Source of the DNA: Bordetella parapertussis
GTDB lineage: Bacteria; Pseudomonadota; Gammaproteobacteria; Burkholderiales; SG8-39
Direction of reading: 5' to 3'
Length of the DNA stretch: 64,000 nt
Assembly: GCA_945892985.1 (NCBI GenBank)
Contig: CAMDDU010000003.1
Coordinates: forward strand, 62,060-126,059
Shown one piece after another: positions 30,872 to 40,566 of this stretch (the first letter of the stretch is position 1; each line of letters begins with the position of its first letter). The translations under genes were made by a program, and so were the position numbers. Below the pieces are notes generated by a model. That model ran no database searches and was not told the DNA's origin. It was given only the letters and a program-made list of their open reading frames with translations.

Positions 30872-31852
30872 TCATTCCACTTTGGCACCCGATGATCGAA
30901 TCACGCGCGCCCACTTCTCTTTCTCGGCGCGCATGAATTCGCCGAAGGCCTCTGGCGTGCCCGCAGGCAGGATCTCAAAGCCCTGATTTACGAGTGCCTC
31001 GCGCACCGATGGCACGAGGATCGCCTTGTTCAGCTCGCTATTGAGGCGCCGCAATATTGCCTCCGGCGTTCCGGCCGGTGCGGCAAAGCCGAACCACGCG
31101 GTGACGTCGAAGCCGGCGACACCGGCTTCGGCTACCGTGGGAAGCTCCGGCCACCAGGAAACGGGGCGGGGCGTCGCGACCGCAAGGGCGCGCAGCTTGC
31201 CGCCCTTGGCAAGGCCCACGGCATTTGGCGCATTGGGGAACATCAACAGTACGTCGCCCGTCACCACCGCGTTCACCGCCTCTGGAGTTCCCTTGTACGG
31301 GACGTGAACGCCGCGCACGCCGATGAGCGTGCCGAACAGCTCTCCGGCCATGTGATGCGAGGTGCCGTTGCCCCCCGAGGAGAAGGTGAAGCGCTCCGGC
31401 GCTGCCCGGATGAGCGCGATCAGCTCGGGCACCGTGCGCGCTGCGACGCCGGTTCCTACGATGAGAACATTGGGGCTAGACGCGACGAGCGCCACCGGTG
31501 CGAAATCGCGCATCGGGTCGAATGAAAGCTTGGGGTAAAGCGACGGTCCGATGCCGTGTGTCGCGATGCTGTTGCCCAACAAGGTATAGCCGTCGGCGGG
31601 GGCTTTGGCGACCGCCTCGGCCGCGAGCATTCCGCCCGCGCCGGGACGGTTCTCGATCACAAACGACTGCCCGAGCTGCTTCGCCAGCTGGTTGCCGAGC
31701 ACGCGCGCGAGGATATCCGAAGTCGAGCCCGGCGACAGCGTCACGACGATCTTCACCGGCTTCACCGGGTACTCCTGCGCGTTGGAACCGGCCGCGATGG
31801 CCGACAGTACTGCAGAAACAATGAAGCCTACGAATTTCAAACGACCTTGCAT
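30872..31852 (-). CDS. Bug-family (TctC-like) tripartite tricarboxylate transporter substrate-binding protein
   Basis: The start is taken at MQGRLKFVGFIVSAVLSAIAAGSNAQEYPVKPVKIVV (ATG 31850-31852). The family motif is PGSTSDILARVL...ENRPGAGG. Confidence 0.85.
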   Translation of the reverse strand: MQGRLKFVGFIVSAVLSAIAAGSNAQEYPVKPVKIVVTLSPGSTSDILARVLGNQLAKQLGQSFVIENRPGAGGMLAAEAVAKAPADGYTLLGNSIATHGIGPSLYPKLSFDPMRDFAPVALVASSPNVLIVGTGVAARTVPELIALIRAAPERFTFSSGGNGTSHHMAGELFGTLIGVRGVHVPYKGTPEAVNAVVTGDVLLMFPNAPNAVGLAKGGKLRALAVATPRPVSWWPELPTVAEAGVAGFDVTAWFGFAAPAGTPEAILRRLNSELNKAILVPSVREALVNQGFEILPAGTPEAFGEFMRAEKEKWARVIRSSGAKVE

Positions 31853-32336
31853 GCGCCCCCCCTTGATTTGTATTAGTACAGATACTCCCATGCTTTGGTG
31901 GATCACGACGGCTTATCTCAGCGCGGTTGGTGATGCGAGCACCTCAAGGGGCTTCAGCAGTTAGGTCGCCGCGATGATTTTGGCGGCTAACCGCACTCCG
32001 GTGACGCGGGGAGAGGAAATAAGTTTTGTTAAGTTTTCGGGTTCAGAGCGGCAATCATTGAAACTGAATTAAAAAGTGGCCTGTCTGGATAATCTCGAAA
32101 ATAAATCAGCAAGAATACGCTGAAGAAAAGTGCGCGTTGTTTTGCGTACGCTTGTTTCTACCTTATGTTGGCCGGCATTTTCACACGTCCTGCCACCTGC
32201 TCTAACCACCAGCTGTCAACGAAACACCAGATCCCGCACAGCTGCTTGTTCTGGGTATGGTTTGACCAACATCATTCGCTAAATAAGCCTTAATTGAAAT
32301 GTCGCAACAATCCGACGGACTTCGAAAAAGAAATCT

Positions 32337-33668
32337 ATGAGCAGTGCCAACAATACAAACGAGTTGCTTGATACCGGCCTGCGCGCCCAGAACAGCGGTC
32401 GCATGGATGAAGCTGCACGCATTTTTCAACAGGTTCTAACCGCGGATCCGCGCAACGTCCGGGCATTGAATACATACGGATTGTTTCTTGAAAAAACCAA
32501 AGAGCAGTCAAAAGCTGAAGAATTTTTGAGACGCGCCATTCAATACGCCCCGCATGTACTCGACAGCTATGTCAATCTGGGTTTTGTCCTGCATAGCGCG
32601 GAAAAATTCGACTTGGCCATCGATTGCTGCCAGCTTGGCTTGAAACTGTTTCCAGACAATCGCTACCTGCAAAACAATCTCGCAACCAACCTGCACAGCG
32701 CAGGCAAATACGATGAAGCTATCGATCTTCTAAAAAAAATGATCGCCTTGGATCCGAGCCATACCGGTGCGCGCTATCACATCGGCAGGATATACATGGA
32801 CCTTGACGACAGCACCGAGGCAGTGAATTTTTTCATCGAGGCCCTACAGTTCAATCCGAACGACCATCTGTCCCTCAGCGCCGCCGGAGAGTGCCTGTTA
32901 AAAACCGGTCGGGCCGGCGAGGCGTTGGACATGTTCGACAAGGCGCTGCAACTGGGCGGCTTCGACAACCGCATCACATCACTCAAGACGCTTACGCTGG
33001 CCGAACTGGGCCGAACGCAGGAAGAGAACTGGTTGTCCGACCCGCACCGGCTCGGGCAAATATCCATCATCTCTGAAATCGGCTACAGCCGCGAAGACAT
33101 GCTCGCCCTCAACCGCGAATTGTCGGAATTTGCGTCGAATCACCCAACCCTACGCAAAGACCCCAAGGAAAACGCCGTCTACAAGAGCTGGCACAGCAAA
33201 AACATCGCCTTCGATGGTAATCCGGCGGTGGAAAAACTCAAACATTTCATTGCCTATGCCTGCGACAAACGGCTGAAAACCCTGGCGCAAGAGGATCCCC
33301 TCCATCCTTTCGTGAAAACCGTGCCGCGCGAAACCGATCTGTTCCTATGGGCGGTAAAGATGCAGGGTGGTGGTCAGTTCACCCCACACACCCATCCGGC
33401 CGGATGGCTGAGCGGGGTGTATTACGTTGACATTCCCGACGTTGTCTCGGCCGCGAACTCAGGCGAAGCGGGCTGGCTCAAACTCGGCCCACCAAGGGCT
33501 GACTTCAAGCTGACGCGGCAACCGATCACCCGCGCGGTCAAGCCCGAACCGGGCATGTTGGTTACCTTTCCCTCGTATATCTGGCACGACACGGTCCCTC
33601 TGCCCGAAGAAATAACCCAGCAGCGTCTTTGCCTCGCTTTTGATATTTTGCCGATGAATCGAAGGTAA
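32337..33668 (+). CDS. TPR-repeat protein fused to a C-terminal 2OG-Fe(II)-oxygenase-like domain (2OG-FeII_Oxy_5 / TIGR02466-like)
   Basis: N-terminal ~230 aa of TPR units. The C-terminus reads FTPHTHPAGWLSGVYYV...GMLVTFPSYIWHDTVP, a double-stranded beta-helix pattern with the first His ligand in HTHP and the distal His in WHDT. It sits in a lower-GC block. Confidence 0.6.
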   Translation: MSSANNTNELLDTGLRAQNSGRMDEAARIFQQVLTADPRNVRALNTYGLFLEKTKEQSKAEEFLRRAIQYAPHVLDSYVNLGFVLHSAEKFDLAIDCCQLGLKLFPDNRYLQNNLATNLHSAGKYDEAIDLLKKMIALDPSHTGARYHIGRIYMDLDDSTEAVNFFIEALQFNPNDHLSLSAAGECLLKTGRAGEALDMFDKALQLGGFDNRITSLKTLTLAELGRTQEENWLSDPHRLGQISIISEIGYSREDMLALNRELSEFASNHPTLRKDPKENAVYKSWHSKNIAFDGNPAVEKLKHFIAYACDKRLKTLAQEDPLHPFVKTVPRETDLFLWAVKMQGGGQFTPHTHPAGWLSGVYYVDIPDVVSAANSGEAGWLKLGPPRADFKLTRQPITRAVKPEPGMLVTFPSYIWHDTVPLPEEITQQRLCLAFDILPMNRR

Positions 33669-33764
33669 TACAGGCAGCGCAGGCAAACAAAAAGGGCTCC
33701 GCGGCGCCCTTTGTTCCATTAAGGAATTTTTTGTGCCATTATGGTGCTATGGAAAAGAAACCCC

Positions 33765-33974
33765 ATGGCCATCAATGTCAAACTGTCTGAAAACTTGGTC
33801 GAGCAGGCCAAGACCCACGCACTGATCCAGCACCGCTCGGTGCCCAAGCAGATCGAGTACTGGTCGCAGATCGGCAAGATTGCGGAGGAGAACCCGGACC
33901 TGCCGTTCTCCATGATCCGTGACATCCTAGTGGCGGATCAAGAGGCGGTAGTCGCAGAATACGTTTTTAGCTGA
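33765..33974 (+). CDS. ParD-like type II antitoxin family protein (no cognate toxin gene seen)
   Basis: MAINVKLSENLVEQAKTHALIQHRSVPKQIEYWSQIGKIAEENPDLPF resembles the ParD-like family (recalled from memory). Confidence 0.55.
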   Translation: MAINVKLSENLVEQAKTHALIQHRSVPKQIEYWSQIGKIAEENPDLPFSMIRDILVADQEAVVAEYVFS

Positions 33975-34189
33975 TGCGCCTGCTTGGCCCTGCCGTATTC
34001 GACTAAATTGTGAGCAGCGTTGGCATGGGCTACGCTATCGAACTCAATGATTACCACGCGCTGCAGCATACCGGCTTCATAGACATTATTAGGCATTCCC
34101 CATGCATGGAAAAGCAGTCCTTTGCGCGTTCCACCACGCACGGACGCAGCCTGCAATTTGTGTCGGGCCAAGGGCGAATGACTGGGCAT
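33938..34189 (-). pseudogene. degenerate DUF1330-like remnant
   Basis: ORF contains ...SVRGG...QRVVIIEFDSVAHANAAHNLVEYGRAKQ, resembling the C-terminal half of DUF1330 proteins (R.LVRGG ... VVIEF.S...A..WY.SPEY). The N-terminal half is unrecognisable and the ORF overlaps the parD-like gene end. Confidence 0.35.
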
Positions 34190-34759
34190 TCAGTGAAGGA
34201 CGCACGATTGGGAGTCCGGTGGAACCATGGTGAGCGCGGGGCCGTGGGCATGTCGCCGAAGAAGCGGATGGTACCGCGCCGTCCGTGTGCCCCAAAGCCA
34301 CCTCCCTTCGCGGAGCGCATTCACGGTAACAAAAAGTTGTCCATGAGGCAGTACACCCCCGCCCGGTACTAACCGGTTCCCCAAAAAAAACATCGCCCGC
34401 ACCACAGGAATAGCAAAAAGCCCAGCATGGACGGAATGCACCCCAATAAGCCCATCGGTGAATATTAAGCCTGTTTCTCAGATGCACGAATAACTCGTTG
34501 CCGGCATTGCGCCTTTCTTGCCTGCCCTGGCCGCCCCAATTGCCCGGCATGCATATGGGCCGGCAGATTATGTGTTGACAGCACATACTTTTTCATCAAC
34601 AATCATCCGAAGCGTAAAGCTTGGACGCAACACACGTTTTCTGCGCAGCACATACATTTGCCCATGTCACGCGTCGCAGATCGAAAAGCACAGAGCACTG
34701 CCGGCGCCGGACATTGAGGCTTTCAATATCCATATGGTTCGATAGGAACGGGAGGGAAC

Positions 34760-35761
34760 ATGCGTTTTCGTCAAATCGCAGGCGCGTCATTCTTGCGTCG
34801 AAAGTTGTGGTCGGCCATAGCGGCCGTCCTGCTCGCTCTGTCCGGGTCCGTGATGGCGCAAAACTTCCCGTCAAGGCCGGTAAAAATCATTGTGGGATTC
34901 GCTCCGGGCGGCGGAAGCGATATTGTGGCCCGGGTACTCGCGCAAAAGTTAAGTGATGTATGGGGGCAATCGGTGGTGGTGGAAAACAAGACTGGCGCCA
35001 GCGGCATCATCGGTGCCGACGCGGTGGCGAAATCCACGCCCGACGGTTATACGCTTCTTGTCTCTTCAGCGACAAGCACCGCGGTTGCTGCCTCGCTGAA
35101 TCCCAATCTGCCATATGACGTGTTGAGGGATTTTTCAATCGTAACGGTTATCGGCACGACCCCGACCGTACTGGTGATCAATCCCGCCCTGGTACCAAAA
35201 TCGTTTAGTGAGTTCGTCTCGTACGCAAAAGCCAATCCCAACAGCACCTTCTTCGGCGGTTCAGGCATTGGCTCCACCGGGCACCTTACGGGGGAACTGT
35301 TTAACATGTCCGTCAACATCAAGACCGGTCACGTTCCCTACAAAGGGGAACCGCCCGCCCTGACGGACATTATCAGCGGCAATCTGACTTTCATGTTCTC
35401 GTCATTGCCGGTGGTATTGCCATTCGTCCGGAACGGCCAATTGCGCGGCCTTGCTGTTACCAGCCTGCAACGCTCGCCGGGGGCGCCTGAATTGCCGACA
35501 GTGGCCGAATTGGGTTTTCCCGAGATGGAAAGCGTTGCATGGAACGCACTCTATGCACCCTCCGGAGTACCCAAGCCCGTGATTGCGCGCATTCATTCTG
35601 ACGTCACGACAATTCTTCAGCTTCCCGACGTCAGGGAACGCTTCCGGCAGCTCGGAATCGAGGTTGTCGGCAACACGCCCGAGCAGGCAACCGCCTATTT
35701 AAGAGCCGAAATCACCAAGTGGGGGAAAGTTATAAGACAGGCAAATGTACGCATTGACTAG
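34760..35761 (+). CDS. Bug-family (TctC-like) substrate-binding protein
   Basis: Signal peptide, then QNFPSRPVKIIVGFAPGGGSDIVARVL...ENKTGASG. Confidence 0.85.
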   Translation: MRFRQIAGASFLRRKLWSAIAAVLLALSGSVMAQNFPSRPVKIIVGFAPGGGSDIVARVLAQKLSDVWGQSVVVENKTGASGIIGADAVAKSTPDGYTLLVSSATSTAVAASLNPNLPYDVLRDFSIVTVIGTTPTVLVINPALVPKSFSEFVSYAKANPNSTFFGGSGIGSTGHLTGELFNMSVNIKTGHVPYKGEPPALTDIISGNLTFMFSSLPVVLPFVRNGQLRGLAVTSLQRSPGAPELPTVAELGFPEMESVAWNALYAPSGVPKPVIARIHSDVTTILQLPDVRERFRQLGIEVVGNTPEQATAYLRAEITKWGKVIRQANVRID

Positions 35762-35981
35762 CCGGGCCGCCATGGTCTGTCGGCCCGATCGCGGCAATTG
35801 TCGGTGGCGAAGCAGATGAGCCATCTAAAGCCAGCCTGCGATCGACGCATGTGCCGCGCGGCAAGACCTCGCCCCGCCTAAATCGCGGAATCAGCCAGAC
35901 ATCAGCAGCAGCCGGTTCTGTGCACGTCTAACAACAAGCATCCCCCACGCGCCATCAAGATAGAAGGAAAAGGAAGAATTT

Positions 35982-37100
35982 ATGAGGATTACTGCAGTAG
36001 AGGCAATTCCGTTACGCATGCCACTTGCCCACCCCTACGAAATTTCGGTGGGTACGCGGCAAGAGGCCTACATCGTGATAGTCGTGATTCGAACCGATGA
36101 GGGGGTCGTCGGTTACGGGGACACGTCATCGGTGGACGGTATGCCCATCGCTTCAGAGACACAGGCAAGCATAGTTGCAATCGTACGCGACCATTTGTCA
36201 CCCATGCTTATAGGCGAGAATCCGCTGGAAGTTCCAAAGCTTATCGACAAAATGAATACCAGCATCTTTGGCAACAACTACGCAAAGGCTGCCATCGACA
36301 GTGCCCTCTATGATTGTGCGGGCCAAGCGCTCAATTTGCCGGTGTATATGCTCCTCGGCGGACGGCGTCGTGACACGGTTCTCTTGTCCGCCGGGGTAGG
36401 CGCGCGCGATCCGGCGATGGCCGTCAAGACTGCGGAGGACGCGCTTGCGGCAGGATATCGTTCCCTGAAGGTCAAGGTCGGGTTCGGCCACAAGCGGGAC
36501 TTTGAAAATGTCCGCGCGATACGGGATATGGCCGGCCCCGATATCCCGATCAGAATTGACGCTAACGCGGGCTGGAGTTTCGTCTCCGCGGTGCAGGCGA
36601 TACGGCGATTGGAGTCCTGCGACCTCCAGTTGGTCGAGCAGCCCCTGAAGCGTTATGACTTTGCCGGAATGGCGGCACTTGCAGCCGCCGTGGACGTGCC
36701 GATTGCGGCCGACGAGATGGTTGCCTCCCCAGAAGACACGCAGAACATGATCCGCTTTCAAGCGGCTGAAATGGTGAACATGAAGGTCATGAAGCTCGGA
36801 GGCCTGTGCCAGGCACTCCGCGCCACGCATATTCTCGATGCCTGCGACCTGCAGTATTGGGTGGGGACAATGGGTGAAACCGGAATCGGCGTCGCGGCCA
36901 ATTTGCACTTCTGTGCTGCGGTCAAGTCGCTTCCGGTTGCGAATGAAGGTGCCCGGCCCGCGCCGTATTTCCTTGGCGATGACGTGATCGAGCAGCCGTT
37001 CGTGGTCAAGGACGGGTGCGTCTCCATTGACCAGATTTCCCGGCCCGGCCTTGGCATTGAGGTGGATTGGAAACAAATTGCCCGTTATCGAATCGATTAA
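35982..37100 (+). CDS. enolase-superfamily enzyme, muconate-lactonising / dipeptide-epimerase (MLE) subgroup
   Basis: KxK motif LKVKVG, metal ligands in IRIDANAGW, LVEQP and AADE, and a second-base Lys in NMKVMKLGG. Confidence 0.75.
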   Translation: MRITAVEAIPLRMPLAHPYEISVGTRQEAYIVIVVIRTDEGVVGYGDTSSVDGMPIASETQASIVAIVRDHLSPMLIGENPLEVPKLIDKMNTSIFGNNYAKAAIDSALYDCAGQALNLPVYMLLGGRRRDTVLLSAGVGARDPAMAVKTAEDALAAGYRSLKVKVGFGHKRDFENVRAIRDMAGPDIPIRIDANAGWSFVSAVQAIRRLESCDLQLVEQPLKRYDFAGMAALAAAVDVPIAADEMVASPEDTQNMIRFQAAEMVNMKVMKLGGLCQALRATHILDACDLQYWVGTMGETGIGVAANLHFCAAVKSLPVANEGARPAPYFLGDDVIEQPFVVKDGCVSIDQISRPGLGIEVDWKQIARYRID

Positions 37101-37238
37101 GAGTGTCTCGTGCCGGGCTTACGGTCGCCAATGCAGGACGGCCGATGCGCGTCGAATGTATCCGTCGCACCGTAAGACAGACTTGAGGAGACTTTCCTGA
37201 ACTCGCGTTCGCGTACCAGCTCACCGAAAGGCTTTAAT

Positions 37239-38255
37239 ATGCATTTGTGTGCACAAAACTTCTGGTTTAGGGGAGTGCTTCGGTCCCGTAGCTATTCGAT
37301 CCGCCTTCTCGCCTGCACCTTGGCGTTTGCGTTCATCGGCACTGCCACAGCCACCGCACAGGAGTATCCAGTGCGCGCTATAAAAATTGTTGTGGCGTCC
37401 CCGCCGGGCGGGGGTACTGATATTCTCGGAAGGCTGATTGCGGAACGACTGGTTGCTAAGTGGGGGCAGCCGGCGTTCGTGGAAAACCGCGGAGGAAACG
37501 CGGGAAACATTGGTGCAGAAGCGGTGTCGAAGTCTGCGCCAGATGGGTACACCATTCTTCTAGTAGCTCAGGGCGCGCTAGTAATCAATAAGAATCTCTA
37601 CAAAAAGCTTAGCTACGACCCGGAGAGCTTTGTGCCTGTGTCGCTAGTGGCAGTAACGCCTGCAGTTTTGATACTGAACCCAAAAATGCCTGCACAGAAC
37701 CTAGGCGAGCTGATTGCTTATGCGAAGATCAATCCAAACAAGCTAAATTACGCAACTCAGGGCGTGGGCACTTCGGCCCATCTGACGGCAGAACTGTTCA
37801 ATTCGATGGCGGGCGTGCGCACCGTTCATGTGCCTTATAGAGGCACAAGCCCTATGCTTGTAGATCTGATAAGCGGTGAAGTGTCGATGACGTTCGGTGA
37901 ACTTGCGACAGCCGGGCCGTACGTTCGCGCGGGGAAACTGAAAGTGATAGCAATCGCAAGTGAGACGAGGAGTGCTTTGGCACCAGAACTGCCAACCTTA
38001 GCTGAGGTGCTCCCCGGTTTTACTTCAATTACTTGGTGGGGGATGGTCGCACCTGCGGGTACTCCAGTATCGATAGCGGCAAAACTTTCAGCCGCCGTGA
38101 CTGAGGCGCTAAAGCATCCTGAGGTGGCTCGGCGACTAAGTGAGCTGAGTATTGAGGGCATCGGCGGTACTCCACAGGACCTAGTGAATTTTATGCGTCA
38201 GGAGCGAACGCTTTGGGGGAAGGTGATTCGCGATACCGGTGCGAGTGCGGACTAA
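37239..38255 (+). CDS. Bug-family (TctC-like) substrate-binding protein
   Basis: Signal peptide ending ATATAQEYPVRAIKIVVASPPGGGTDILGRLI...ENRGGNAG. It is the first gene of the ~50% GC block. Confidence 0.85.
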   Translation: MHLCAQNFWFRGVLRSRSYSIRLLACTLAFAFIGTATATAQEYPVRAIKIVVASPPGGGTDILGRLIAERLVAKWGQPAFVENRGGNAGNIGAEAVSKSAPDGYTILLVAQGALVINKNLYKKLSYDPESFVPVSLVAVTPAVLILNPKMPAQNLGELIAYAKINPNKLNYATQGVGTSAHLTAELFNSMAGVRTVHVPYRGTSPMLVDLISGEVSMTFGELATAGPYVRAGKLKVIAIASETRSALAPELPTLAEVLPGFTSITWWGMVAPAGTPVSIAAKLSAAVTEALKHPEVARRLSELSIEGIGGTPQDLVNFMRQERTLWGKVIRDTGASAD

Positions 38256-38259
38256 TGCT

Positions 38260-39093
38260 ATGCAGATAAAGCCTATAACCAGTGTGATCGGCGCGGAAGT
38301 GATCGGAGTCGATTTGTTGGAGCCGCTGGACGAGCTGATGTTCAAGCGCATTGAACAAGCTTGGCACGATAATGTAATTCTGCTTTTCCGCGGACAGAAT
38401 CTCGACGAGAATCAGCAGGCGAGCTTCTGCGCACGCTTCGGAAAGTTGGTGGCCTCGCTCAACGCAGAGATGTTGAATCGGCCTGGCCAACATCCGGCTG
38501 TGATGTATATTTCGAACATCGTTGAGAATGGTAAGTTAATCGGGGCGCTGCCAGATGGTGAAGTGGTATTCCACTCCGATCAGTGCCACGCTGAGTGCCC
38601 GGCAATGGCGACCATGCTCTATGCGCTAGAAATTCCGTTTAGCGGTGGTGACACTTTATTTGCAAACATGTATGCCGCATACGATTCTCTGCCCCTAGAT
38701 CTAAAGAATAAATTGAATGGAAGATACGCTGAGAATGTCTACGATTACGCCCCAGAGACTATCGCGCGCGGCGGTTCTAGAATTCGAGAAGGTGTGAAGC
38801 ATTGTGCCCACCCAGTGTTCCGTACCCATCCAGTTACCGGGAAGAAGGCGCTCTACGTTAATCGTTTGATGACGGACCACATTGTCGGTTTGCCTGAATT
38901 CGAGAGTCGCGAAATCCTAGACTTCCTATTCATACATGTCGAGCAGCCGGAATTTGTGTATTCCCATCACTGGGCAGTCGGTGATTTGATGCTCTGGGAC
39001 AACCGGTGCAGCCTGCATGCGCGCACTAATTTCGACGCTTCGGCACGTCGTAAGTTGAGGCGAATTACCGTGCAAGGAGAGCGACCGAGCTAA
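38260..39093 (+). CDS. TauD/TfdA-family Fe(II)/2-oxoglutarate dioxygenase
   Basis: MQIKPITSVIGAEVIGVDL, HxD in VFHSDQCH, distal His in CSLHARTNF, and Arg in RRKLRRITV. It starts 4 nt after the Bug gene stop. Confidence 0.8.
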   Translation: MQIKPITSVIGAEVIGVDLLEPLDELMFKRIEQAWHDNVILLFRGQNLDENQQASFCARFGKLVASLNAEMLNRPGQHPAVMYISNIVENGKLIGALPDGEVVFHSDQCHAECPAMATMLYALEIPFSGGDTLFANMYAAYDSLPLDLKNKLNGRYAENVYDYAPETIARGGSRIREGVKHCAHPVFRTHPVTGKKALYVNRLMTDHIVGLPEFESREILDFLFIHVEQPEFVYSHHWAVGDLMLWDNRCSLHARTNFDASARRKLRRITVQGERPS

Positions 39094-39378
39094 GCGCAAG
39101 GATTTTCCTTCATATCATGAGGTTAATTGGATCTATTGCTCCATTTTGTTTCAGATTAATCAGCTAGTTGAGCTGGAACTGTCAGGACTCCAATTGTCGG
39201 TTAGCCCAGCGTTGGCGGCGACACCACCTCTGGTCTCGTTCACGCCGAACTGCATGCCCTACCCCGCGCTAAATTCCACCAATCCGCCCCCGTTTTTTAA
39301 ACTCGCTCCATCTGGCGGGCTTTAAACGGTTAATCGAAGCGCAATATCAACCAATAGATACTAGGACCGGAGCCGAAC

Positions 39379-40566
39379 ATGGACGTTGCACTCAAGGGAA
39401 TCAAGGTGCTGGACCTAACCAGCTATATAGCAGGTCCGTTTGCAACCATGTTGCTAGGAGATCTTGGGGCTGAAATACTTAAGATTGAGCAGCCTGGTCA
39501 GGGAGACGTGTTCCGCTCCGCCGATAAGAATTCTTCTCTATACAGCCCACTATTCCGTGGATTCAACCGCAACAAACGAAGCATGACCCTCAACCTAGCC
39601 TGCGCTGAGGGTAAGGAGATATTCTGGAAATTGCTGAAATCGGCGGATGTGGTAGTCGAAAATTTCCGTCCCGGCGTGGTCGAACGGTTGGGAATAGACT
39701 ACGAGAAAGTTAAGGCGAGAAACCCACGTATAGTGTATTGCTCTATTTCTGCTTTCGGGCAGCAAGGGCCATACAGCGCAAAGCCGGGCTACGACACGAT
39801 CGGACAGTCGCTAAGCGGCTTGCTAAGCCTGCTGACCAACCTAGCTGACCCGAAGGGTCCAGGCGCCCCTTTTTCAGATCACTTGGGTGGACTATACGGC
39901 TGCTACGGAATACTGGGAGCCTTGATGGCACGCGAGCGTACCGGGGTTGGCCAAAGGGTAGAAACATCCTTGCTTGCTGCCACCATGAGCTTTATCGGCT
40001 TCAGCATCACCCAGTATCTGGACCTGGGTGCGAAGGAAGTACCTAATATGGTCAGCCGCCTTCACCAGGCGCAAATTTACGCCTTCATCTCCCAGGATGG
40101 ATTACCCTTTGTCGTGCACCTGTCCCACCCGAGGAAATTTTGGGAGGGCCTTACTCAGACCATCGGTCGCCTAGATCTACGCGAGGATCCTCGCTTCAAG
40201 GAAGCGCACTCCCGCGAAGAAAACTACTTTCAACTAGAGGCCATTCTCAGAGAAATCATTCAAACAAATACACGGGACTACTGGATCGCCAAGTTTGAAG
40301 AGAACGACGTGCCTTGTGCTCCGATTAAACGAATTGACGAAGTACTTGTCGATCCACAGGTCGAGTTCCTGGACCGGCTGGTGAATGTGGAAGGGCCCAA
40401 TGGAGAAAAGGTTCACTTCGTCAGGAACGGTGTCACATTTAGCGCAACGCCCACCGTCGAACCACAACGCCCCCCGTCGTTGGGTGAGCACAGCCTGGAA
40501 ACTCTGAGGGCGATCGGCTACTCCGACTTGGAGATTGAGAAACTTCAGTCACAGGGCGTCATATAG
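39379..40566 (+). CDS. family III CoA-transferase (CaiB/BaiF type)
   Basis: GIKVLDLTSYIAGPFATMLLGDLGAEILKIE and VVENFRPGV are characteristic. Confidence 0.8.
   Translation: MDVALKGIKVLDLTSYIAGPFATMLLGDLGAEILKIEQPGQGDVFRSADKNSSLYSPLFRGFNRNKRSMTLNLACAEGKEIFWKLLKSADVVVENFRPGVVERLGIDYEKVKARNPRIVYCSISAFGQQGPYSAKPGYDTIGQSLSGLLSLLTNLADPKGPGAPFSDHLGGLYGCYGILGALMARERTGVGQRVETSLLAATMSFIGFSITQYLDLGAKEVPNMVSRLHQAQIYAFISQDGLPFVVHLSHPRKFWEGLTQTIGRLDLREDPRFKEAHSREENYFQLEAILREIIQTNTRDYWIAKFEENDVPCAPIKRIDEVLVDPQVEFLDRLVNVEGPNGEKVHFVRNGVTFSATPTVEPQRPPSLGEHSLETLRAIGYSDLEIEKLQSQGVI

Noticed and set aside
34010-34586. ORFs 34010..34372(+), 34051..34320(-), 34089..34586(-) and 34190..34441(-)
   Set aside because: They overlap one another and no family is recognisable. 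They lie in the decayed segment of the island and are treated as non-coding or pseudogenic.
39094-39378. 285-nt spacer containing CTGTCAGGACTCCAATTGTCGG, considered as an IS terminus or a second IS scar
   Set aside because: No transposase-like translation appears in any frame, and there is no matching inverted repeat elsewhere in the window. The evidence is insufficient.
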